A DNA stretch of 64,000 bases from Chlorokybus atmophyticus (lineage: Eukaryota; Plantae; Mesostigma and Chlorokybus algae): the NCBI GenBank assembly GCA_009103225.1, contig RHPI01000003.1:342900-406899 (forward strand), written 5' to 3'. The position numbers and the translations under genes were made by a program. Positions 1 through 12,600 of the stretch are shown here, one piece after another. Numbering within the stretch: position 1 is the stretch's first letter; each line of letters begins with the position of its first letter. The notes beneath the pieces are model-generated. The model saw only the letters and a program-made list of their open reading frames with translations, had not been told where the DNA came from and made no database searches.

Positions 1-218
1 ACCGCCGCCATCGCCGTGTTAAAGTAGGCGGATGTTCGGGTGTGCTTATGCAGTAACTTAACCTACTTGGCAATGCAGCATTGGGCATAGGGTATGCCAA
101 AAAACATTTTCAGCATTAGACATTGAAAATCCAAAACGAAACTTCAGTGGTCACCTTTTAGCCATATGTGACACGCCGCAAGTGCTAGTTGCCATACAAG
201 TTGTGTCAACCGCACTTG

Positions 219-253
219 AGAGTAGAGTAGAGTAGAGTAGAGTAGAGTAGAGT
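219..253. repeat. (AGAGT)n pentanucleotide microsatellite, about 7 units
   Basis: gagagtagagtagagtagagtagagtagagtagag read directly. Confidence 0.95.
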
Positions 254-849
254 TGTGCGGTTTTTGCGTGAGCAATTGGACGGTCACCATTCGGAGTTCT
301 CGCTGCTGATCGTCCAATCTAATGGTGCAACACACGGTTTGTCTGCGGCAGCTGCGAGAGTAGCTTCAAGCTGCAAGTACAGCTTTCAGCTGCGGTAGCT
401 GTGGTCAGTGGCAGGGGTTAGGTTGTTGGCGGTGTGGTTGCGGGCGGTGAGGTTGTTGGCAGCGGGTTTTTGGGTTGTTAGAAGAGCACTAGTGAAGGGT
501 AGCAGGTATGTCCGGAGAAGCCAGCAGGTCCACGGACCATGAACCATTGGAGAACCCATGCAGCCCGATCCACATGATAGAACCCCACTTTGGCCAAGAA
601 GGCGAACCCTCTAAGCAGCAGCTGCATGACGACTGGCATGCTGCAGACAACCACGTAGCTGCTGCAATCAGGACCATGAGCTTGGCTTTCCAGCCAACAA
701 AGGCAATGTTTCAGCATGTGTTTCTTTGGTAGCAGCCTTGCATGCACTTGTAGAAGCATGCAAAGCACTAAGGCATACAAAGAACTGTAATAGAAGCATG
801 CAAAGCACTACAGCAATGTACTAAAGCATTGAAGCATTGCATGCTCAGC

Positions 850-2691
850 ACAGAAGCGCACCAGCACGACTTCGTCTTTGATTGCAGACGATGATGGAGT
901 ACTCATGGCGAGGTTGGCATATGGCCATTGCAGAAAGGACAGCAGACATTTTGCAAAAGAAGAGGCGGATTGCAAGAGATGTTGGGCTGCATTGTAGGAA
1001 GAATCAACGGGAGCAGCCGCCACTCAACTACCAACTTGCAGTGGCTATCCTCATGCTCTATCTCCCGGACGAGCCTACCAAAAAGGTAACAGATCTGTTG
1101 CCTTAAGTTAGTGAGTGACTGCATCAAGCAGCAACGCAATGACCTTTGTGAGATTCAGCTAGCAAGATGGTGTTGACAGACTACTGCATGGCTGGAAAAT
1201 GAAATTGGTTAGCGCAACTGGTCATCCTGTAACTGGTCATGGTGCAGGTCCGAGGTAGGTTCAGGACTTTCTGCAAAATCACGAAGGATTGGGGTGAACC
1301 TGAGTATTGCTTAAAGAAGAAGGAGCAAAATCGGCAATACAAGGAAAAAAAGAAGAACATGTTGGTGACCTTTAAAGAGCTAAAAAGACATCCGAACAAG
1401 GTGGTAGCTCTTCTGCAGCTCTGCTTGTCAAGGTGATCTCCTAATGACAATATTGCACGGTCAACCCAACAGTTATTTGCGGCGGAACAACTCTTAAAGA
1501 CCTTAGCCGGTAAACAACCCTGTGGACGCGTGTATGTGTGTGTCTCCGTGTGGTACATATACCACAACTAGTAGTTGACGTGCATAGAACAACAAGAGGC
1601 AGAGGAGGAGGCCGGCAAGAAAAGCAAGAGAGACTCTGGGAAATGCAGCAAGTCGGCACCTTTATCTTCTGGCAGGAACTCTGGTGAAGGCTCAGGCGGC
1701 TACAGGCGCACAGGTTAAACTGGGGGAAGCTTTGAGGCTGTGAAAGCTCGTAACAGATGAGTAGATGACATGTTGCTGCAGGGTGGAGCATCAGCTGCAT
1801 TCAAGGCGACGACACGACTACGCCAGCAAGAACACAAGCTGCTCAGGTTACATAAGTCAACAAAAATTGTGACTGAATAGTCTGCTAATTACTTACATCC
1901 CAGAGCATGCTGCAAAGGAGAAGAAGAAGAAACAGCAGCAGGAGGAGGAGGAGAGGAGGAAGAAGACGAAGAAAAGGAGTGAGGAGAGGCGTATGAAGAA
2001 GGGCAAGGCTACAAAGAAAAGCAAGAAATGCAAGAAGAGTCAGCGCAGTGATGTGAGCTCGCACTGATGCCGCACAGCTGCTGACTCCCACACGCGCGCG
2101 GGCGCACGCACTTACATACACAACTTGTGTGATCCGCAATCAGAGTTTTCAGCAGCCAGTGGCAGCTCCTGCGATGAAGAAGACCGCAGCGAAGCCGAAG
2201 AAAGCAGCGAGAGCAACAAGGAGGCCAGCAGCGAAGACGACAACAATGACGCGGAGAATGAGGACTGCGAAGAGGTAAGGGCGCTGGCAAGCTGGTGTGT
2301 GCAAAGGCGTAACCTGACTCGAGCTAGTCTTCATTTGCAGGTAGTCGACATGCACGGGAAGCTACTTGACAGCAGGAAGTCAGTGAGACTGTTCGTGGAG
2401 GACAGCATCTATCCGGTAGCCCACGCAACCGTGAACCTGGTAAACCCCAATGCAGACTTCCAGGACACCAACATTGGGAAGGGCAATATTGTGGTGCAGG
2501 TGCACCACATCATCACCCAAGCGCCGCGCGTGGTAGATGGAAAGGTTAACACACCTCCAGCAGCGAGTACGCCAATATTATTCAAGTGCGGTGGTGAGGA
2601 GTTGGTGACAATGATGCAAGGTAAGAGCTTGCTGAAGCTAACTTCTGGTGCAAATGTGGGCCACGCATGGAGTGATGACGTGATTTTGTAG
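850..2691 (+). pseudogene. Decayed CACTA/En-Spm TnpA (TNP1-like) accessory protein
   Basis: Fragmented + strand frames, then an acidic linker (DEEDRSEAEESSES...), a GT-AG intron at about 2275-2340, and a terminal exon KSVRLFVEDSIYPVAHATVNLVNPNADFQDTNIGKGNIVVQVHHII...GANVGHAWSDDV. That exon resembles the C-terminal domain of plant TNP1/TnpA proteins (V.L...VA.GTV...P...H...LG.G.V.V.V...W). No CACTA termini found. Confidence 0.5.
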
Positions 2692-3689
2692 ACATGCAGA
2701 GGTTGAGGCTGGAGATGAGTTGCGCTGGCATGCCAACCTGATTGGAGATGAGAGCATAAAGACTGCTGCAAAGAAGGCGGGAGGTGGCAAGCAAAAGAGC
2801 AGCAGTCAGAATCGGAAGAGGTAGGTGAGCGAGGAAGTGGCGTTGCGGAGGGGGAAAAGGGAGCATGGTCCGGAGGTTGTTGGGCTAGCACATTGTTAGC
2901 CACAGGAGTCTCTTCGGTAGCAGCATTGTTGCTGATTGCAATGCTAAGTTAGCTAGATGCTAGCCTAGAACTGGTTGATTCTGCATTTAAATTTCGACAT
3001 TGCACATCATCTACCATTGTCACCACATGCATTATGTACGCACGCAACCATGCATTATCAACAGATGCATACAACACTTTGTTCAGGATCTGGCTTGAAA
3101 CGATGGGACTCAAATTGTGTGCAATTGTGACACTTCGTGCATACCGCAACCGAAACTTGGTTCGGCGTCTGGCATGAGTGTTAAAGACTGTAATCTGAGC
3201 AAATGAAACTCTTCGTATAGACTACGGCTTAAAGCTTTTTACGGATCCAAATAACACACTATGTCAAGGTGTAAGCTGATCACAAACTTAATGCTAACCA
3301 GATCAGTCACAAAGATAAAGATGTGGACGAAATAACTGATCAGAAACAACAAATAATGACACCTGATCCACTGCAAAGTGCCCACCAAGGTTAAAACATT
3401 ATTGAGGATGCAGAGGTAAACAACCACTACATAGCATTAAGATCAATGTTCTTAATGCATAATCTATCGAGCAATTAGTGCAGGATTTGGCCATTATCAA
3501 GTTCAAGAACAGACGGATACCGAAAAATTTTAATGCACGCCTTCTAAATCATCTTAATGGCAGCTGGATACCAAACTAAATTGTGACTAAGGCAAGAAGA
3601 GAGGTAGAAATCAGTACTCGGTTGCTACCACAAACCCAATTAAGTTACAACTGGATTATAAACCAAGTTGTGGTCCAAGCCAGATTGTT

Positions 3690-4320
3690 GAGGGGCCATT
3701 TCTACCGGTGCATGTACAGCGGGCTTTGCTCATACAGTTCAGGACGGACCGGTGCGGGCTGACGTGGCGCAGTCTGCATGGTATCATGCAGAGTCCAGAA
3801 CAGCTTGAGTGCCAACTCCAGTACAATAGACGGTCTGACCACAAAGACGCGGTCTCGCCCGGAGGCGCCGTGCCGGCGAGGATTTCAGCCTCTAGTTGCC
3901 GCTGAGTCTGTTCTGGCAGGGTGTGATATTCAGGCAGTGTGAAGACTCGGTCACTGCGTTCGACGCATGTTGTGCGCTGTCCTCTGCGCCTAAACGCAAT
4001 AGTAGTGGGATCTGCTCTTCGCATGATGGTCTCCCATACGCGCTCAGCTTGCTGACCACGCGGGACAGCCCAAGTGACGTCGAGGACGGGCAATGTGGAT
4101 GCGCGCGTCGCTGCAGTAGCAACGGGCTCGCCAATGACACCGTTAATGGTTGCGAGAGTGCCGCTCAATGGCGCGAGAGTGGTCTCAACGCTCGCTGACA
4201 CAGGTGGTCCTGCAGTGGAGCGGGACCGGTGCGACCTACTGCTGCAGGGTCGGTGACAGCAGTGGCTGTTGCCAACGTGCTCACCAGTGCTGGCGTCATG
4301 ATGCTCATTGATGTACCCAC
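3690..4320 (-). mobile_element. Fragment of the DNMT-retroelement family (gag-protease spacer region)
   Basis: Collinear nucleotide and protein similarity to 55700-56230 (RGQQAERVWETIMRRADPTTIAFRRRGQRTTCVERSDRVFTLPEY vs RGQQAKRAWETMRGADPSTIAFKRGGERTTRVERSDCVFPLPEY). Confidence 0.9.
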
Positions 4321-4408
4321 TCTGTATAGGCCGTGCAAGGGTTGATCAGACCCTTCTACTAAGGAAAGCACCCCTCCCATCTCCTGTAAGCAAGCTACAC
4401 AACTTAGT

Positions 4409-5608
4409 GTTTAATGTTATAGGTTGTAGCCAATGTAGCCAATGTAGCCAATTCAGAACATCTCGCGTGCAAGGGAGCTTTGGTAAGACCTTGTAGCAGT
4501 GGGCCACGATGTAAAGGAAGAGGAGGTGATGTGGATTGTTTTAGCTGGCGTAGGAAAGAGCTTTGCTACGCTAGTGACTGTGTTGGCATCCTAAAATGTG
4601 GTTTTGAAGTTTGCTGCTAGCGATGGAAGGCAAGTTTGATGTTTAGGAGATAGAGAATGGTGGACAACCTATCGCACTTGCTGCCTTGCCTTCTCAACAC
4701 ACACGAAGCTGGAGCAAAGCAGGTGATGGGAAGCCATCACGTGACAAAGAGTGTCACTACTGCAAGATGAAGGACCACTTCACTCGCGAGTGCTAGAAGA
4801 GGATCCACGATGAGGCAACCAAGGAGGAGCACGCCACAATGGCGATTGCTTTCTAGCATTGGTAAGGACCTCAAGGAGTTGCAGTGGATGGTGATCGTTC
4901 GTCCTCTCCCACTGCAAGGGCGCGTAAAGGACATGCGTAGACGGAGGTCGCAGACATAAAGGTCTGTGAGAGTTACTGCTAGCCTATGAGGAGTTGCTGA
5001 TGTCGAGCTGCATACACCAGAGGTGGCATTGCTGTGGAGTTGGATTTTGGTAGCACGAGTGTGCGGTACTGGTTAGAAAACTTCATTTGATTGGCATGCA
5101 AGGATTGAGTTGTATAGCTAGCTAGCAGGAGATGGGAGGGGTGCTTTTTTGGGGTAGAAGGGTCTAATCAACCCTTGCAAGGCCTACACTCAAGTACAGC
5201 ATTGCTAAGGTAAAAAACTCAGCGTAGTTTATAGCATAATTTGCCATTGAGGGAGTCTTCGGAACCACCTGAGCAAGGTCAGGCGCAGCGTGGTGGAACC
5301 AGATGCGACAACTATTAGGAGGAAACAAGGAGTATTGAAACCTTGCAGTCTTGCTGGCTGCACGAAGAGAAGGATGATGTCATATAGACAAGCATCAAGT
5401 CCATGGGAGCAACACATCCGTGGGAGTGTTTTATGGAGTAAGTTATTGTGGTTAAGCTTGCGAGATGAACTTGGAGTTCAAGGTCAAGCTGCTCGTGTGG
5501 GAGTGTTAAATGTTATAGGTTGTAGAAAGTACATGTATAGGCGGCGCCTACATGTAATTGGTACAATCAGCTTAACCTTTATAGTTACGAGAGTTATGAG
5601 AGTTACAT
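4409..5608 (+). mobile_element. Gag-only Ty1/copia element, internally deleted copy A
   Basis: LTR start tgtttaatgttataggttgtag at 4409; UBN2-type gag (GHDVKEEEVMWIVLAG) with CCHC knuckle CHYCKMKDHFTREC; non-coding spacer; PPT ctcgtgtgggag; truncated 3' LTR from about 5504. Collinear with 18570-20340. Confidence 0.85.
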
Positions 5609-5610
5609 GA

Positions 5611-5667
5611 GAGAGCCCAAGCCCAAGGCGAAGGCGGCCTACACTCCCAACAAGGGGCGGGGCCAGT

Positions 5668-5707
<40 letters not shown>

Positions 5708-7280
5708 NNNNNNNNNNCCCCCCCCCCCCCCCCCCCCCCCGCTACTCTGGATCTTATGCATATCGTGCGGGGCATAACAGTTACAAGGCCGCGCCTATGC
5801 AGCTGCCTCCTTAATTGCCTTCTTAAGGCGCTTTGCCTCTGCATTGTCCGTAGCTAGAGGGTCTCTCATGAGCTCCTCCACCACTTTCCAACTATGCTTG
5901 TTGGCCACTTCCACATGGTGGAACTGCATGCACACCTCGTCCAATGCTGGTGCACAGAGCACATGTGAGCAACACTGGTTGCGGCCATTCATGCATAGGC
6001 TTAGAGCCATTGGGTTTAACGCCAGGCGCACCCGCATTGACATCACCATCTCCCACATGCGAACATAATGGCAAACCTGTTGTGCCTTTTACCTTGCTAT
6101 GAATAGTCATAATGTGAATACAGAGGAGTGGACATGCAAGGGTGTTAAGTGCGGGCCCTCCCCCCCCCTACCAGACACGGGGGGAGGAGGGATGCGGAAC
6201 AATGTATGTATAGATGCCTCTACATAGATGACAAGCCCGCACCTTCATAAGGCCGATGATGCACGCATGTGCATGTTCACATAAGTAAAGTCCGCACCCT
6301 CATGCGTGTCCTACATGTGTGCTCGTGCAAATGGCCATGCTCAACAAAGAATGAGCCCACCTTTCATGTTGTCTTTGCGGCCTTTAGCGAAGTGGAAATC
6401 CTCGGCGAGGTGAGAGGGCACACAATCAAATGAGGCCGCCACCGAGGCAATGTAAGCCGCCACGTCGATGTGTTGCCGAGCCCGCTAATTCATGTTCTCC
6501 TTCCAAGGGACCGCGGGTTCGCTAAAGCGAATGGCCAATGCCTTCGCACGAGCATTCGGTGTAATGGAGTCGCCTTTGTCGCGGCGAAGGATGCTCACGA
6601 GTAGCGGGTGGTTGGGCTCATTGACGGGCTCATCATGAGGATGACGGGCGCCTTTCCACGCCTAAGACGCATGTTTTCCGCCTCCAACTCCTCTAACCTC
6701 CTCACCATGGCCTCCGTGGGTGTCATGGACGGGGTGGAAGTGTTGGAGAGCGGGCTTGCCCCCCTTTTGTTACGCTTGTGTAAGTGACAACGGGCGGGGC
6801 CTCATCATCCTCGTCCTCATCATCGTCACCATCACCCTCCTTGTTCACCTCCTCTTCTCCCACCTCCACGGGGGGGCGCACCCGTCTCTCCACACTCACC
6901 GCTCTTCTCTCCTCCTCCTCACTCAAGGTGTGGCGATGCGGACTTGTAGCCCGCGCCAACCTATTGGCGGCAAGCCTAGCCGCCTTGGCCGTGGCTTCCA
7001 CGTCCTCTCCATCGCCACGGGCACTTTTTAACCGTGTGGTGGTCATGGAGGTCGACCGCCTATTCTTCCTCCTAACCACACTCACCACCCTCGCCAAGGA
7101 TGGCGCCGCCGCGCTAGGGTTTCAAGCGACTAAATAAGGAGCTGGTGACTCACAACTCACATCTGGTGAGTGCTTGTGCCCCCAAGTGCCCAAGGCACTA
7201 GGGGCACAAGAGTCTCATAACTCATTAACGAGTTCTTAGGTTCATGGGCGCGCATTTCATGCGCTTCATGAACCCATATA
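5611..7280 (-). mobile_element. DIRS-like (tyrosine-recombinase retrotransposon) gag/ORF1 relic, copy 1
   Basis: Motif KHSWKVVEELMRDPLATDNAEAKRLKKAIKEAAA resembles the W..V..Y..D.LA.D...KRL.KA motif of DIRS/Ngaro-type ORF1. Hairpin-rich 5' terminus at 7130-7280. Homologous to 21850-24830. No RT or recombinase in the window. Confidence 0.55.
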
Positions 7281-7289
7281 TCTCAACCC

Positions 7290-8436
7290 CTCAACAGCAG
7301 CGTCCTTAGCTAATGAGGTGAGCCGTTTCCCGACTGCAACATCTCCTCCACCATATTCACACGTCCACCGCCGCGCGCATTGCGTGCATGTGCAGCAAAC
7401 TTTGCCTTGAAGATGGGGCAGTTGGAGCGCATGTGTTCAATAGAAGAGCACTCCCAACACTTTCGAACTGCCTTGGCATCTTCCCGACCCTTCACACCCC
7501 TCTTTGAAGCATGGAAAACACCCACCTTCATTGGTGTAGGTCCTGAGCCAGCCCCCGCAGCTGTTGCAGCTCCTGAACCAGCTTAAAAAGTGTATACGAG
7601 CTATACACACCTCCCCGTGACTGCTTGACGCGCCCACGGTCAGTGTCTTTGGCAGTACCCTTGAAGTACAACACGTCCGTACGCTCGGCGATCCGAATGG
7701 TCTCTGCAAGAGACTTGGCGTCACAAAGCTCAGCTTCCTTGCGACAAAAAGTCTTCAACCCGCGCATATAGTGGTCCAGCTGTTCCTCCTCAGTCATGTT
7801 GGGTATAAAGAGCACAAGACGCTAAAATGCAGATGTGTAGGCCATCACGGACTGCGTGCGCACAAGTGTAGAGAGCTGATCGCGTGCCGTCTTCATGCTT
7901 TGCACCGGTACGAACTGTTTCTTCACCTCAGCGGCCAGCTCAGCTACGGTGACAAAGGGGACCTCAAGACCAGCTTCCACACGAGCACAACGATGACGCC
8001 ACCACACAAGTGCAGCTCCCTCAAAGAAAGTAGCAGCCATATCGACATGGAGATGTACGGGTACCTCGATGAGCTTCAACTATGACTAGACAGCAAACAC
8101 CCACTTCTCAACGCAATCACCATTCCTCTGGCCCTTGCATGGCTTTGGTTTTTGGCACTTTCACGCAACGAGAGGCTGGTGGAAGAGCCATAGGTGCAGC
8201 AATAGGCGTAGCCGCACGCGCTTGTGCCAAGACTTCTTGAAAATGTGCCGCTTGAGCTTGGGCAGGAGCTTGAACGCGTTGCAGCTCCTCATGAGTAGCG
8301 ACCAGCACTTGCTAAAGCTCCACAACACGTGCATCATCCATTGGAGCGTCCATAAACTGAAAATTACCTCACACACCAATGATATAGTTAAGATATAGTT
8401 AATATCCCTTTAAAACAAAAACTCAACCCTTCCAAG
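7290..8436 (-). mobile_element. Ty3/gypsy (chromovirus) gag, second unit of a tandem
   Basis: Retrotrans_gag-like AATFFEGAALVWW...VKKQFVP, MTEEEQLDHYMRGLK, and CCHC knuckle CWECSSIEHMRSNC. Preceded by a PBS. Confidence 0.9.
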
Positions 8437-8449
8437 GGCTCCAATACCA
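8437..8449 (-). promoter_or_regulatory. Primer-binding site (tRNA-iMet type)
   Basis: TGGTATTGGAGCC one base after the LTR end (...TGTTACA), compared with canonical TGGTATCAGAGCC. Confidence 0.75.
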
Positions 8450-8450
8450 A

Positions 8451-9636
8451 TGTAACAATGCTCGTGCTCACATACGCAGCACACAAGTCATACAACACAT
8501 ATGTGCATCTGAGCACAGTCTTCACACCGGAACCTTGCCATTTCCCGCGCACGCGTCGAGCACGCACACGCGCACGAACAATACTACTTCCCACGCCAAG
8601 CTAAAACGCAGCAGTATGCCTTAGATTACGCCTCTCTCAAGCATACACCAGCATGCTCACAGCAAAAAGCAGAAAACAAGAGTTGGTTGTAGTATACAGG
8701 GTTTCTATTTATACAAGCACACCAACCAAGCAGCATAATAACCAGGCGTTTTGTCGATAATGTACCAAATCTAAAGGACCTGTATAAGTGTAGACTGCTA
8801 CCCCGCGCGTCGGAGTACATTTCTCGCGGCAGCTGACTGAGCAGTCCGCGTCACAAGGTATTGCGCAGCGATAGCTGACAATGCAGTCCGCATCACATAG
8901 CAGGTACCGTGCAGTCTGGCCAGCTGCGTCACCACCGCCTTAGTAGGTCACGTCGCTAGCAGGCACCTGCCAGGCTGGTCGCAGGCGAAGCCGCGCGTGG
9001 CAGCAAAGCGCCGCCTGTACAACTTGTAAAAGCCCCTCATAAAGCCTTGATGAAGCCAGAAGAATGACAAAACACATATTGTACATGTAGTAAACTATGA
9101 AAAAAGGTCCATGCTGATACACCAATTGTGTAGCGCCTTGGAGCATTACACAAGCAAGCACACACCAGGAAAAACGCTAGCACCCCCTGCTAACCACCAC
9201 CAAGCTTGCACACTAGGAACTAGGGAGCTAAAGGATTGTATGGCACTTTGTAGAATGTCGCTTTTTTACCTACCAATCTGCACATGCTATTGTCTAGACG
9301 ATTTCCGTGCGACACAAAACTAGATGCTAAAATATTATTGCAGAATCTTGTTGTATACTTCTAGACCTTTCTTACGCACCAAAGATCTCCTCATCAGGTG
9401 CTTATATGGTCAAGATATACTACTTGGCGCCAGGCTTTTTTAAGAATCTGGACGAGCCCTTTTCGACTGGAACTCCGTTTTCTCGCACCTTTTTGACTCT
9501 TGGTCCTGGGGCCACGGTCGATATCCGCGGTAGACTTATGATTCGAGAATATCTGCCACAAGTCATGAAAACGTGGTGCTTGATAAATGGGCCCAAAAAG
9601 GTCCTAGATCCATGAAACTTGGCCGCGATTGTTACA
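8451..9636 (-). repeat. Chromovirus LTR shared between two internal units
   Basis: TGTAAC...TTACA termini; PPT AAGGGGGGAGGAG at 9637-9649 upstream and PBS downstream. Segments 8500-8590 and 9120-9636 align to the solo LTR at 16903-17540; about 530 bp of extra sequence lies between them. Confidence 0.8.
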
Positions 9637-12600
9637 CTCCTCCCCCCTTAGGTGAGCTTCGTCCTCGGAGCTTTCGAGGATTCTTTGGTTGTCATTGCAA
9701 ATACTGTTGCAAGATATGTTGTGCAATTGCTAAGTGCTCCTCTGGTTCTCAAGTGGCTTCATGCATCGGGTAGCCTTTCCACTTCACCAAGTATTTGCAT
9801 ACGTTGCGCACCATGTTCTCACCCACTATGTCTTTTATTTCGTATTTCGTGTGACCTTCCATAACGAGCTTTTGCGGTGGACGCAATGGTGGCTCTCCTC
9901 GATATGATTTCAGCAGGGGTATGTGAAAAAACAAGATGAATGTGCATAGAGTCGGGGGATTGCACTTTGTACGCCACATTCGAAACCACTTGGATGACTT
10001 GATATGGCCCAAGCTAGCGTTTACTTTACTTGCGAACTCTAGCACGAACCTGTAAGTTCCTCGCAGAATGCAATACCATGTCGCCTTTGCGAAATGTGAC
10101 ATATCGGCGACGCGCGTCTGCGTATGGTTTTGCCTATGTTGCGCTATCAATAGCGCCTCTGTCGCTGCCTTATTGATGTTTGCACATGTTGTAAACAGAT
10201 CGCTTACAACTTCTACATGAATGTCACTTTGCCGCAATGTTCACGCCGTCAACGGTGTCAGCGGGTGTTGGTCGTAGTTCATGAGAAAGGGGGGGACACC
10301 CGTGCTTGCAATGGTGTGGTTGTTGATGGCAAATTCCTCCACTTCCATTGACTCCGCCCAATGGTCTTGCCGTGCATTCATGTAGCAGCGCAACATATCT
10401 TCAGTTACACAGTTGGCTCGCTCCATTCGACCATCGATTTACGAATGGAAAACCGTGCCAAACCTTGAGGTAGTACCCAGTGCACAATGCAGCGCCTCCC
10501 CAATTTACTTGTTAAGCGGGCATCACGGTTGCTCACAATGCTTTGTGGTAGTGCGTAAGAACAAAATATGCTTTGTACATAAGCTTGCTGCCTCTAGTGC
10601 CGTGCCACAAGACTCACTACACGGTGCCAAGCGTACCATTTAGCTGGTTCTGTGTTTAAACACGAGTATTGCGTCGTACCCTTCTGTTGCCTTTAGCAGC
10701 CCCGTAGTAAAGTCCATAGTAACTTGCTCCCACTTGGACGATGGCACGGGAAGAGGTTGCAGCAACCCACCTGGCTTTTTGTTGCTTGTGACAGCAAGCG
10801 CTTTCACCCTTTAACATACGTCGCACATCGCTACATACAGTCGCGTACATTGCAATGCATCTCCCGTGAGTAAAAGCGATGTTCCAAGCTTGCCAACGTC
10901 CTCTCCACCCCTTTGTGGCCAGCAATGGGTACGTCATGAGCTTACTTAAAAGTCAAATGTGTATATGTGCAACATTGGGGATGTACAAGCGGCCATGATG
11001 CCATAGGCCGTCGTGCTTTGTCAAATGTCCACTTGTGTCCATTATTGCGCGCATCATGTCCCGCAAGACTCTCCTACCTTTTGTGTCTGCGCACAAAAAA
11101 CTTGTGGGATCTAATTCGCCTACTCCGAGTTCACATAAGCGAGAGCTTGAATCGCATTCAACCCGCTTAGCGCGTCGGCCGCACTATTAAACGTACCGGG
11201 CTGATACTTGATCTAAAAATGAAAAAGTTAAAAGAACAACATCCACCGCGCTTGTCTCTGGCTCAAATGTGGTTGTTTCTGTAAGTACCTTCATGGGAAT
11301 GGTCCGTCTTCAGCACGAACCGTTTGCCCTTAAAAAAGCATCGCCATTGTCGCAGCGCCATCACTTGCGCCCATAGCTCCTTCTTGTGCACAGGGTAGTT
11401 CAGCTCTGCTCCACTCAATTTCTCTTAAAAGAATTTCTCGCTACAGGTTGAAGACTTGCCTTGGTCTTGCCGTAACACAGCTCCCACAATTGTGTCGGAT
11501 GCGGCACAAGCAAGCATGAAGGGTTTATCCATGTTGGGGTGAGCCAAGACGGGCGTGTTGAGAACTAGTGATGCGCCTAGTGTGTGTGTATTTGCCTCTT
11601 ACATACAAGTGTGCACACATTAAGGACAAGTGCAGCAAGCATGCCAAGTATAGAGACAATGTGCGACCCACTGTATTAAGCAATATACAGTGTAATATAT
11701 ACTATGCTACTAAGCACTAGTCAACTCTAGTCAACTCTGGTCATAGTCAACACTAGTCAATGGTCAAAGTCATGGTTGACCATAACTGGCGTAAGTCCCG
11801 TAACTCTCGTAACTTGCGTAGCTATAAAGGTTAAGCTGATCGTACCAACTACATGTAGGCGCCGCCTATACATGTACTTTCGACAAGTCATAACATTTAA
11901 TAGGGCGCCTCTGTCAACAGTTTTTGCAACGCAGCAAATGCATGCTCTTCCTTTGTAGACCAGCTCCAAAACTTCCCTTAAGTAAGGTGGTAAAAGGGGC
12001 CGCAATGTGCAAAAATGCCATGCTAAACTAGCAATAATACTCCTCAAGGCCCAAGAACAACATTACCTCCTTTACGCTGGTCGCGCCAGACCATTAGCGC
12101 ACCACTTGCACTTTGATGGGGTCCGGCTTGATCCCTTCGTGTGACATAATGTGGCCCAAGTACTCCACCTCGTGTAGCCAAAACTTGCTCTTCTGTTGCT
12201 GAGCGTACAACTTGTGCTTGCATAAGCGCTGCAACACGCGCCGTAGAAGACTCACATGCTTGTCTCTCGTCTTCGAGTATATTAGAATAAAATATCGTCG
12301 AGGTACACGAGGACTCCCTTACCCAGCAAGTTAGCAAAAACGCTATTCATTAACGTCTAAAAGGTCGATGGCGCGTTCATAAGCCCGAATGACAACACTA
12401 AGCACTCATAATGTCCTATAGCGCGTGATGAACGCTGTCTTCTCCATGTCCTCAGGTGCGATGCGGATCTGATGATAACCTCCAGCAAGATCAAGTGTGG
12501 TAAAGTATTGCGCACCTTATGGATGCTTCAGCAACTCGTCAATATGCGCTAGTGGAAAGCAGTTTCTCTTTATGATGGCATTAAGCGCTCGGTAGTCAAT

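Noticed and set aside
1-340. Possible PIF/Harbinger transposase N-terminal fragment on the - strand (LAACHIWLKG...MFFGIPY)
   Set aside because: Only a vague resemblance; broken by stops and a microsatellite; no catalytic motif visible.
2940-3650. Coding-like fragments on the - strand
   Set aside because: No recognisable motif and no splice-supported model.
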